Assembly (NCBI GenBank): GCA_045539595.1
Contig: JAZQFQ010000084.1
Location: 26,316-90,315 of the forward strand
Direction: 5' to 3'
Origin: Eubacteriales bacterium
GTDB taxonomy: Bacteria > Bacillota > Clostridia > Oscillospirales > CAG-272
DNA length: 64,000 nucleotides
Below are positions 1 through 8,100 of the stretch, one piece after another (position 1 is the first letter of the stretch; each line of letters starts with the position of its first letter). A program made the position numbers and the translations under genes. Below the pieces are notes generated by a model that made no database searches, had not been told where the DNA came from, and saw only the letters and a program-made list of their open reading frames with translations.

Positions 1-396
1 CAATGTCCAACTTGTAAAATGACGGTTGACGAAAAAAACGAATGCCCAATCTGCGGTGCGACACTGACTTATGAGCCGATTGTAAATGCTGAAAAAGAGC
101 ACATTATATTCAATAAGTATTATTGGATGTATTTTGTAAAAACAACTTGGTTTTCGCTTTTATGTTCAATCGTATGTATTGTTCGAGCGGCGATAGTAAG
201 ACCACAAATATCACCACCTTTGTTAGGGATGGTAGGACTTTTGCTAATTTCTATTGTTGTGTCTATCTTTCAACGTAAATTGCCCGATTTAATTCGATGG
301 AAATATAAACATATGGGATATTATGCAGAATTCAAAATATCCATGTGGAAATATCTATGTGCAGTAATAGCGGTTTTGTTTTCATTCTTTGTATAA
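1..396 (+). CDS. Zinc-ribbon membrane protein (hypothetical), possibly 5'-truncated by the window edge
   Basis: Frame 1 is open from base 1 (QCPTCKM...). CPTC and CPIC Cys pairs are followed by about three hydrophobic helices. First ATG is at 19. The region is AT-rich relative to the rest of the window. Confidence 0.5.
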   Translation, partial: QCPTCKMTVDEKNECPICGATLTYEPIVNAEKEHIIFNKYYWMYFVKTTWFSLLCSIVCIVRAAIVRPQISPPLLGMVGLLLISIVVSIFQRKLPDLIRWKYKHMGYYAEFKISMWKYLCAVIAVLFSFFV

Positions 397-496
397 TGAA
401 AGATACTGTCACTCGATGATAAAAACCGTTGCAGAGCAGATAATGAGCGTTTTATAAAGTAAAACAAATTGGAATTTGACAAAGGAGAAATGATTT

Positions 497-658
497 ATGA
501 AAAAAATATTAGTTGCATTTTTCTTTGTGTTGATAGGTTTTTATACCCCGTCGTTCATAGACGCTTTTCAACTCGAGAACTCTGCTTTTGAATTATTAAT
601 GTTCGCTCCGTATGTTGGAATTCCACTTGCGGTCTGGGGAATGTTTGAAAAGAAATAA
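497..658 (+). CDS. Small hydrophobic protein, 53 aa (hypothetical; below the ORF-track cutoff)
   Basis: AAGGAG at 482-487 precedes ATG 497. Sequence MKKILVAFFFVLIGF... has two hydrophobic stretches. TAA is at 656-658, and a hairpin terminator follows. Confidence 0.35.
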   Translation: MKKILVAFFFVLIGFYTPSFIDAFQLENSAFELLMFAPYVGIPLAVWGMFEKK

Positions 659-690
659 GAGATGCCAATCCCAACTTGTCGAACAGATAA

Positions 691-727
691 GGAGCAGAGG
701 TTTAGACCTCTGCTCCTGTTGTTTTAC
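691..727 (+). terminator. Rho-independent terminator candidate
   Basis: GGAGCAGAGGT-TTAG-ACCTCTGCTCC stem-loop followed by TGTTGTTTT. Confidence 0.5.
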
Positions 728-919
728 TCTATAATTGTCCTGTGGCTCATTTTAAGCGATTTTAAGTACCAATGCAGTATTGCTGTGGGTAAATGCCGTA
801 AATCGCGCTGTGGGACATTTCCCTGTGCATTTCGACGGCGAATTAAATTTATTGGCGTTCAGCAACAAAAATCTAAAAAGGGACTGCAGAAGTATTGAAC
901 CGATGAGATACGGTAGACT

Positions 920-950
920 TTTTCCCCATTATATGTTATAATGGGGAAAA
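920..950. repeat. Perfect 14-bp inverted repeat with a 3-nt spacer
   Basis: TTTTCCCCATTATA-TGT-TATAATGGGGAAAA. It contains a TATAAT hexamer and lies at the AT-rich to GC-rich transition, about 90 nt upstream of the CPBP gene. Confidence 0.7.
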
Positions 951-1041
951 GTCGCTGGTGCAGGCATGTGCATCCATAGCGTGAGATCGGCTCACAACCG
1001 ATGTGCCGAATGCCGTAAACAATGTGCAAAAGGAGAGCCGT

Positions 1042-1995
1042 ATGACTAATACAACTCAAAAGGATTCTAATCTGTTTCGGCTGGGGGGCGCCTTTTTTGC
1101 CATGGTGGCGGCAGTCATCCTTTTTCAGTTTGGAATCAGTATTGCAGTAGGGATAGTTGCCCCGGCCGCTGCCGAGCATCCGCTGTTTGATTGGCTGCTA
1201 TCGTTGGTGCCGATTTACGTGGGAGGATTGCCCATATGCTGTCTGATTCTTCGCAAAGGCTCCTATGAGCCGCTGAAGAAACAGAGGCTTTCCCCCTCTC
1301 ATTTTTTGCTGGCGGCGGTGGTTGCCTTTGGTGTTATGTTGCTGGGAACGATTATCGGCAACACAATTATGCTGACCCTGTCCTCCATCCTGGGAAAGCA
1401 GGTATCCAATCCTGTGCAGGAAATCGTGATGGAGTCCCATCTGGCTGTGTCCTTTGTGTCCACGGTGATTGTGGCACCGATCGGGGAGGAATTTATCTTC
1501 CGCCGTTTGATCATCGATCGCACCCATCGGTACGGGGAATTGCCGGCCATCCTGCTTTCGGCAGCCATGTTCGCTGCATTCCATATGAATCTGTACCAGT
1601 TCTTTTACGCGTTCTGTGTCGGCACTGTTCTCGGATACGTGTATGTTAAAACTGGCTGCCTTCGCTACTCTGTGGCACTTCATGCGCTGATCAATTTTAT
1701 CGGCGGTGTGGTGCCCAGCATAGTATTGAAATTGGTTCTCCCCGTGGTGGAGATGGGAACGGAATCGGTGTCTGCTACGCAGATAGCTGTCATTCTTGTT
1801 GCTGCTGTAGTCTTGCTTTTGCAATATGTGCTTCTGATTGGATGTCTGATTGCCACGATTGTTATTGCTTGCTGCCACTTGCATAGGATTCCCTTAGCAC
1901 AGGGGGAAGGGGGGCGGCATCTATGGCGTTCTCCGTTTTTGATTCTGTTCTTCGCCGTTTGTGCGGTATGGATGATCTTGGCCGTATTTATTTAA
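1042..1995 (+). CDS. CPBP family intramembrane glutamic endopeptidase (CAAX protease/Abi family)
   Basis: AAAGGAG lies 6 nt before ATG 1042. The protein is polytopic, with motifs GEEFIFRRL, FAAFHMN and HALINF. Confidence 0.85.
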   Translation: MTNTTQKDSNLFRLGGAFFAMVAAVILFQFGISIAVGIVAPAAAEHPLFDWLLSLVPIYVGGLPICCLILRKGSYEPLKKQRLSPSHFLLAAVVAFGVMLLGTIIGNTIMLTLSSILGKQVSNPVQEIVMESHLAVSFVSTVIVAPIGEEFIFRRLIIDRTHRYGELPAILLSAAMFAAFHMNLYQFFYAFCVGTVLGYVYVKTGCLRYSVALHALINFIGGVVPSIVLKLVLPVVEMGTESVSATQIAVILVAAVVLLLQYVLLIGCLIATIVIACCHLHRIPLAQGEGGRHLWRSPFLILFFAVCAVWMILAVFI

Positions 1996-2004
1996 CCGCA
2001 GTGT

Positions 2005-2052
2005 TAAAAAAGGGGCTGTTGCATGCAGATGCAACAGCCCCGGATTTTCTTT
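2005..2052. terminator. Bidirectional terminator between convergent genes
   Basis: GGGGCTGTTGCAT-GCAG-ATGCAACAGCCCC (2012-2041), flanked by an A-run and a T-rich tract. Confidence 0.75.
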
Positions 2053-3621
2053 TCACTCAATGACCGTGCGGACGAAGGTGATGCTGTTTTCGTAGAGATA
2101 ATATGTTATGTAGTTTCTGTGCAGCGGATGGTGCAACTCGATTTTCGCCAGTTCCGCGGTCATATCGGCAGAGAATACGGTCAGTGTATCCTTGCCGATC
2201 CGTCCCGTTTCACCAACCGCCTCCGATTCCAGTTTCAGCCATTTGGAGTGGCGGAAGGAAAGGCCGGCCAGCGGCATTTTTTCCTTCGTTCCGTCCACAT
2301 GTACTTGGTATATCTCCCCGGGAAGAATTGGATTCCGGTCATCGTAGTCGGTGCGGGCCTGTATGAACAAAACGCCGTCGTAGGTGGTCAGCGGGTGGCA
2401 GGCATCCCGGTATTCCGTGGCCATGCCGCTTTCCAGATCGTAAATGCCGTAGCCCCGGCTCCACTCCCAGCCGCCGATATAATAGGCAAAATGGGTGTCA
2501 TCCATAAATCCCAGAGGCGTGTAACCTATCACGTCGCCGATTCCTACTGCCTTGCAGTCGGGGGAGTCGCCCAGCATCACGTTGGTGAGAATCTGCCGTA
2601 CCGATCCGTCAGGATATTTCACGTCGATGCCGCCGTTGTTCCAGCCGTCCTCCTGGGTGTGATATACGGTATATGTGCCATGGGGAGAGTGCATAATGGC
2701 GTCGGCGGAGGGGAAAGCCTCCCATTCTACGGGAGTTACGGTAAACACGCCGTCCGCCTCGGTGATCTTGTAGCAGGCGGAGGTCTTGTAATATGCGCCG
2801 TCTTCCATCGGCATCCGATTCATAATCACACATCCGTCGTCGGTGTAGATCAGGTCGAATGGATCTTCGTCAATATCCAACGTCTCCCGATGGACGATTT
2901 CCCCGGTGGACAAATCCACGATAAACAAGTCGTCTGTGTGTACAAGGTAGCCGCTGGCATCGTTCCGCAGAACTTCGGATGTAACGTACATCCGATACCG
3001 ATCGCTGAAGGTGTAGTCCCTCACCTGCGTCTTTTCGTTCTTCACCGGGATTTTCACTGTGTGTACGGACAGATTGCCGGGATTTTCCACCACTTGGATC
3101 AGATGTGCCAGCGGCACGTCGGGGATATCCTCCCGGAGCGTTGCTGTGAATTGCCCCAGCGAATCGGACAGGCCCAGATAGTCCAGTGCCACGGTCGCGC
3201 TGTCTTTTTCTGCCACCACCGTCATCACAATCTCTCCACTGCCCGCACCGGCACCTACGGAAACAATGCGGCCGCCGGTATATCCCTCCGGCAGGGTGAG
3301 AGTGCCCCGGTAGTATTCGGCCGGATCCGCCTCCGAGGGCTGATGGACGACGTAATAGGCCAGCCCCATTTCCCAGACATACAAGGCGGGATTGCCGCCG
3401 AGGGGCGATCCCTTCAGGATGGCGTAATCCACGGAAAAGGGGAGCTGCTCCAGTTTCTCAAGAGCAGAAAAATCCGGGGAGGGAATATCCGCGACGGGGG
3501 GATCCGTGTCGGCGGGGGTGGATGTGCCCGGCACATCCGGCACATCCGGCGGATCGGTATGGCAGGCGGCCAGCGATGCACTCAGCAGGAGTGCGAGCAA
3601 TACGGCGAGGATTCGTTTCAT
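2053..3621 (-). CDS. Lipoprotein, function unknown (522 aa)
   Basis: GGAGG RBS precedes ATG at 3621. Signal peptide plus lipobox MKRILAVLLALLLSASLAAC, then a Pro/Asp-rich linker (PPDVPDVP). No catalytic motif recognised. Confidence 0.75.
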   Translation of the reverse strand: MKRILAVLLALLLSASLAACHTDPPDVPDVPGTSTPADTDPPVADIPSPDFSALEKLEQLPFSVDYAILKGSPLGGNPALYVWEMGLAYYVVHQPSEADPAEYYRGTLTLPEGYTGGRIVSVGAGAGSGEIVMTVVAEKDSATVALDYLGLSDSLGQFTATLREDIPDVPLAHLIQVVENPGNLSVHTVKIPVKNEKTQVRDYTFSDRYRMYVTSEVLRNDASGYLVHTDDLFIVDLSTGEIVHRETLDIDEDPFDLIYTDDGCVIMNRMPMEDGAYYKTSACYKITEADGVFTVTPVEWEAFPSADAIMHSPHGTYTVYHTQEDGWNNGGIDVKYPDGSVRQILTNVMLGDSPDCKAVGIGDVIGYTPLGFMDDTHFAYYIGGWEWSRGYGIYDLESGMATEYRDACHPLTTYDGVLFIQARTDYDDRNPILPGEIYQVHVDGTKEKMPLAGLSFRHSKWLKLESEAVGETGRIGKDTLTVFSADMTAELAKIELHHPLHRNYITYYLYENSITFVRTVIE

Positions 3622-3727
3622 AAGGATGCCTCCGTAAGTTGGTTTGTCTGTTGGACGGAGCGGGGAGGGGATTTGTTCCCGCGAAAAACACAACATATTG
3701 TTATTTCTTTGAGAGAGCATCAATGCA

Positions 3728-3756
3728 TTGACAAAAAAGGGAATTTGTGATATAAT
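3728..3756 (+). promoter_or_regulatory. Sigma-A type promoter for nrdR
   Basis: TTGACA (3728-3733), 17-nt spacer, TGaTATAAT (TATAAT at 3751-3756). Confidence 0.55.
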
Positions 3757-3806
3757 ACGGCATATTATGAAATCCCTTTGGTGCAGGTATGCAAAGGAGT
3801 TTTTCC

Positions 3807-4271
3807 ATGAAGTGTCCCATGTGCGGCTACGAAGACAGCAAAGTAATCGATTCCCGACCGGTAGAGGAGAGCGACAGCATCCGCCGTCGCCGTGAGTGCA
3901 AGAAATGTCAGAAGCGGTTTACGACCTATGAAATCATTGAGGCATTCCAGCCGCTGATCGTGAAAAAAGACGGTACGAAGGAATATTTTGATAAAAATAA
4001 GATCCTGGGCGGCCTGATGAAGGCCTGTCAGAAACGCCCGGTGGACGCAGAAGCCATCGCCGCGGAGATCGAGGTGGAGATCATGAATTCTCTCCGCCGG
4101 GAGATCCCCTCCCGGGAGATTGGCGAATTGGCCATGGAAAAACTGAAAAAGCGGGACGCGGTGGCCTACGTGCGCTTTGCATCCGTGTACCGCGAGTTCA
4201 AGGACGTGGAGACATTCATGAAAGAATTGCAGGGACTGAAAGAAGAGCCTACGGAAGACGCGGCGGAGTAA
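3807..4271 (+). CDS. nrdR: Transcriptional repressor NrdR
   Basis: MKCPMCGYEDSKVIDSRPVEESDSIRRRRECKKCQKRFTTYE zinc ribbon followed by an ATP-cone-like remainder. AAAGGAG lies upstream. Confidence 0.95.
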   Translation: MKCPMCGYEDSKVIDSRPVEESDSIRRRRECKKCQKRFTTYEIIEAFQPLIVKKDGTKEYFDKNKILGGLMKACQKRPVDAEAIAAEIEVEIMNSLRREIPSREIGELAMEKLKKRDAVAYVRFASVYREFKDVETFMKELQGLKEEPTEDAAE

Positions 4272-4309
4272 TCCGCCGCCGATTCTTCGGGAATCTTGCG
4301 CGATTCCCC

Positions 4310-4338
4310 TTGCATTTGTGCGTCGGGTGTGGTATACT
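4310..4338 (+). promoter_or_regulatory. Promoter for tRNA-Ser
   Basis: TTGCAT (4310-4315), 17-nt spacer, TGgTATACT (TATACT at 4333-4338); about 30 nt upstream of the tRNA. Confidence 0.6.
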
Positions 4339-4369
4339 ACTCCTTGGCGTAATGAATAATGGAATATAC

Positions 4370-4462
4370 GGAGAAGTACTCAAGTGGTCGAAGAGGCGTG
4401 ACTCGAAATCTCGTAGGGCGTGAAAAATCGCCGCGTGGGTTCAAATCCCACCTTCTCCGCCA
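4370..4462 (+). tRNA. tRNA-Ser (anticodon CGA), class II with long variable arm, CCA encoded
   Basis: Acceptor GGAGAAG/CTTCTCC. Anticodon loop CTCGAAA. T-arm GTGGG-TTCAAAT-CCCAC. One T:T mismatch in the anticodon stem. Confidence 0.88.
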
Positions 4463-4464
4463 AA

Positions 4465-4504
4465 ATCGACAGGTTTCGATAGAAGCCTGTCGATTTTTCT
4501 TTTT
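4465..4504 (+). terminator. Rho-independent terminator after tRNA-Ser
   Basis: ATCGACAGGTTTC-GATA-GAAGCCTGTCGAT followed by TTTTTCTTTT. Confidence 0.85.
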
Positions 4505-4736
4505 ATCTCTTCACTCTTCTCTTACTGCCTATTTTGGCGGAAGTAATAAGTAATAGTGAATAGTGAAAAAGTATGGGGTTGCGCTACGCGAACAATTTCA
4601 AAATTCGTAAGTTTAGTCTTATACGAAACGAACTCCTATTTTATCCGAGTGGCCGTCCCTGTAACGTCCTTTGCATTCCTCTCGTTGGAGGGAAGATTTC
4701 CCACACCTATGAATTTTTTGTAAAACCGCAATTCTG

Positions 4737-4793
4737 GGTTGACATCCGTCAACCCATGTGATATACTGGATGTACAGTAAACAAGTGTCAACC
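4737..4793 (+). promoter_or_regulatory. Promoter with candidate operator for the blaI-like operon
   Basis: TTGACA (4739-4744), 17-nt spacer, TGaTATACT (4762-4767). GGTTGAC-ATCC-GTCAACC dyad (4737-4754) overlaps the -35. A third GTCAACC half-site lies at 4787-4793. Confidence 0.55.
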
Positions 4794-4807
4794 GATGGAG
4801 GTGTCCT

Positions 4808-5191
4808 ATGGAACATATTACATTATCTGACGGCGAATGGAAGATTATGAAACTGTTGTGGGCACAGTCTCCCCACACCGTGGGCGAGATCGTCAAAGCC
4901 CTGGAGGGCGAGACCGGCTGGACCAAGCCCACCATTTTCGTCATGCTGAAGCGGTTGATCGCCAAAGGTGCCGTCCGCATGGACGACAGCGGTAAGCTGC
5001 AGGAATACTATCCCCTTATCCAGCGGGAGGACGTGGTTCCCCAGGAGGTGGATTCTTTCCTCAGCCGGGTCTTTGACGGAAGCGTGCGTATGATGATATC
5101 CGCTCTGACGGATCAGAAATCACTGACAAAGAAGGATATTGCCGAGCTCCGGCATATTCTGGATGAGGCGGAGCAGAACGGGAAGGAGTAA
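4808..5191 (+). CDS. BlaI/MecI/CopY family transcriptional repressor
   Basis: GGAGG RBS. 127 aa; LSDGEWKIMKLLW...TVGEIVKAL...GWTKPTIFVMLKRLIAKGAV winged helix typical of the family. Confidence 0.9.
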   Translation: MEHITLSDGEWKIMKLLWAQSPHTVGEIVKALEGETGWTKPTIFVMLKRLIAKGAVRMDDSGKLQEYYPLIQREDVVPQEVDSFLSRVFDGSVRMMISALTDQKSLTKKDIAELRHILDEAEQNGKE

Positions 5192-5194
5192 GCC

Positions 5195-8100
5195 GTGGCA
5201 GAATATCTTGTAACCCTATCGCTTTTGATCATGATTCTCTTGGTGGTGCGCGGCCTGTTCCGTAAATCCATTTCCCCCACGGTGATGTACGCCTTGTGGC
5301 TGGTGGTAGTCGTGCGGCTGTGCCTGCCGTTTTCGCTGTTCCAGGTAGAGGTGGATCTGCCCGCCTGGCAGGAGACAATCCCCCAGGAGCAGCAGGGGCA
5401 TCAGGGCGCGGCGGATCCTGGAATCGATCCGGATGCGATCACGCCGCCCACGTCCGGCGCGCCGAGCATGCCGGATACGCCCTCGGTGATTATCCCTACC
5501 ACACCGTCCCTTCCATCCGTACCCACCGTTCCCGCGATACCGGAAAATCCCACGGTGCCGGGTGAGGATTCCTTACCGGATATCCCCCATATCCCGGATG
5601 TTCCCGTTACCCCTGAGGTGCCGCCGGCACCGCCCGCCCCCATCGATTGGATGCGGGTGGCTGTTACGGTATGGATTGCGGGATCGGCCGTCCTGGCTTT
5701 GTGGTTTGCCATTACAGGAATCGTATATCATGGTCGGCTCATCACCCACCGGACGCTGTATAAGACTCTGCGCAAAACGAAGGTCTATCTCACCGAGGAC
5801 GAAAGCGCGCCTTGCCTGGCCGGCGTGGTCCCCGCGATCTACATTCCTCCCGTGGAGATGGATGAGGATGCCCGGGCGTTCATCGTGCTTCATGAATATA
5901 TGCATCTGCGCCACGGTGATCACGTGTGGGCGTTGGTTCGCATCCTGGCCCTTATTGTCCATTGGTGGAATCCCCTGGTGTGGGCGGCCGTCATCCTGTC
6001 CAAGCGGGACGCGGAGTTGGCCTGCGATCACGCCGTCGCGGCCCAGCTGAATCGGGAAAACCGATTGGAATACGCCCGCATTCTGTTGGATACGATTCCC
6101 CAGAAGCACCGTTATGCGGTGGGGCTGGGAAGTGCGCCCATGAAAGAGCGTATCCTCCGGCTGACAAAGACCCAGAAGAACCGCATCCTCTGCGTGGTTC
6201 TCGCTGTGATTATCACCGCCGCCGCGGTGGGATGCTCATTTGTCCATCTGACGGAGAAAGAGTCCCCTGAGGAGCCGCCCGCGTTCGATTTCGATCTCGA
6301 TACCCTGTGCCGGCATATCGCGGACGGCGATCTGTCGGCGCTGGATCTGTTTGATGCATCCAATGAAGAATTCCTGCAGGGGCAGTTTAATGCTCTGCAC
6401 GCTTATTACAGCGGCACAGCGGAAAAGGCCGGCGGCGATTGGGAAGCCATGCCCGAGGGGGGCGTGGCTCTGCCCGGGGAGCTTTCCTTTAAAAACTGCG
6501 AGAAATTCGAGTACAGCACCGCGTCACAAACGCCCGTGGTATTGCGTTATGACGTGGGGGATTACTGGCTGTATGCCGCCTTTACGCTCTTGGATGTGGG
6601 CACCACAGGCGACGTTTCCGAGATTCTGTGGCACCTGAGTGAGGCGTGGTTCATCCCCCAGTCGGACGCAGTGGAAGCCTCCGTGGCGGATCTTGCCGAA
6701 TGGAAGGTGTACAGCTATTTCCAGAATGTCGGCTATACCGAATGGAAAACTCTGAAATTTTACAACCAGGTGACGGGAGAATCGGATTATTTCTCCGCCG
6801 CCGCCGGGATAAAGATCACATCCCTGCAGTACAGCGGCGGAAAAGTGTTTGTCGAGTGTGACTCCCACGGATTTTTGATCTTTGATCTGACGGACGGATT
6901 GTATGAATGCCTGTCCACCAACAAAGACACCTATATTGCCTACAAAAACGAGTACGGCGCCTACATTCCCGGCTCCGGCCGCTGGCTGAGCGATAGCCGG
7001 CTGCAGGCGCGGGGAGAGAAGGGGATTTTCACCGTCACCGTGCTTGACGGGGAGTACAGTCTGGCGGATGCATCCCTGTCTGAATCCGAGATTCTGGAAA
7101 TCTGGCGGTACAATGTGGGCAATGCCCAAAAGAACAACAACGCTCCCCAGTACCATGTTCCCTATGGAAAACTGCTGAATGATGTGGGAAGCCATGTTCT
7201 GGATCTCTTCGTGATGAAGGGGCAGGCATATCTGGAGGCCCGTCAGGCGTATGACGAGGAAGCGGCCACCGTGCCGTGGCTGGTCTATATGATCCGGGCG
7301 TTGGATGTGTCCCGGGAGGAGATCACTTCCGCCTTGCAGAAGGATTTTGTTCCCTATACGGATGCCATTGTGGACGCGCTTTTCTCGGAGGATGACGGGC
7401 GGATCAATGAAACCTTCCACAGCCCTCTGGCCCTCTGCCATGAGGGGAAGGTGTACACCGCCTACGATCTCAGCCTGAAGATCACCGACGTGGATTCCGA
7501 GGAGCAGAAGGCATTTGTGCGCTCCATCCCGAAAGAGGATATCATCGCCCTGATCCGCGCCATACAAGCGCGGGATGCGATGCATGGCGTTGTGACACCC
7601 GGTGAGATCGTTAAACTGATCTATCGCTTGAAGGATATAACTCTGACCGCACCCGGGGACGAGTATGCGTACGGATCCTACTGCTATGTCCATGGCATGG
7701 CGTATCATTCCTATCCGTCCGCCCTTACGGATGCTTTGGACAGAGATGCGTTCAATGCGTGGCAGGAGGAAGCCCAGTGGCATACCCGGGAGAACGGATG
7801 TCCGTTTCCCCAGTCCAATATTTACGAATTTATCCATCATTTCAACATCCCCAAATCCCGCTTTGTGGAGTTGTACAATGAGCGGACTATAGACGATGAT
7901 TATCCTATCGATCTTCTGTACGGCGGGACCGCCGAGGCGGTAGATGCCTATTATCGCACCAGCGACCCGGAAAAAGAACTGGAGAGCATTAAATGGGCCA
8001 ACCTCCGGGAGTTGAAAATGCATATCAACGCCTATATCCGGGATGAGCTTCATATACAGATGAAGACCTCGCATTGCAGTCTGGCGGAACTGATGTATGT

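Noticed and set aside
662-1179. Track ORFs 662-898 (+) and 859-1179 (-)
   Set aside because: Neither has an RBS. The first starts inside a terminator hairpin region. The second overlaps the CPBP gene start on the opposite strand. Both have Cys/Arg/Lys-rich improbable sequences.
4573-4980. Track ORFs 4573-4761 (+), 4619-4816 (-) and 4636-4980 (-) around the blaI-like promoter
   Set aside because: They overlap the promoter/operator and the well-supported blaI-like CDS, have no RBS, and show no recognisable motifs.
5380-5650. Proline-rich coding stretch as a DNA tandem repeat or CRISPR-like array
   Set aside because: The repetition is at amino-acid composition level only (PxxP-like). There is no regular nucleotide repeat or spacer periodicity.
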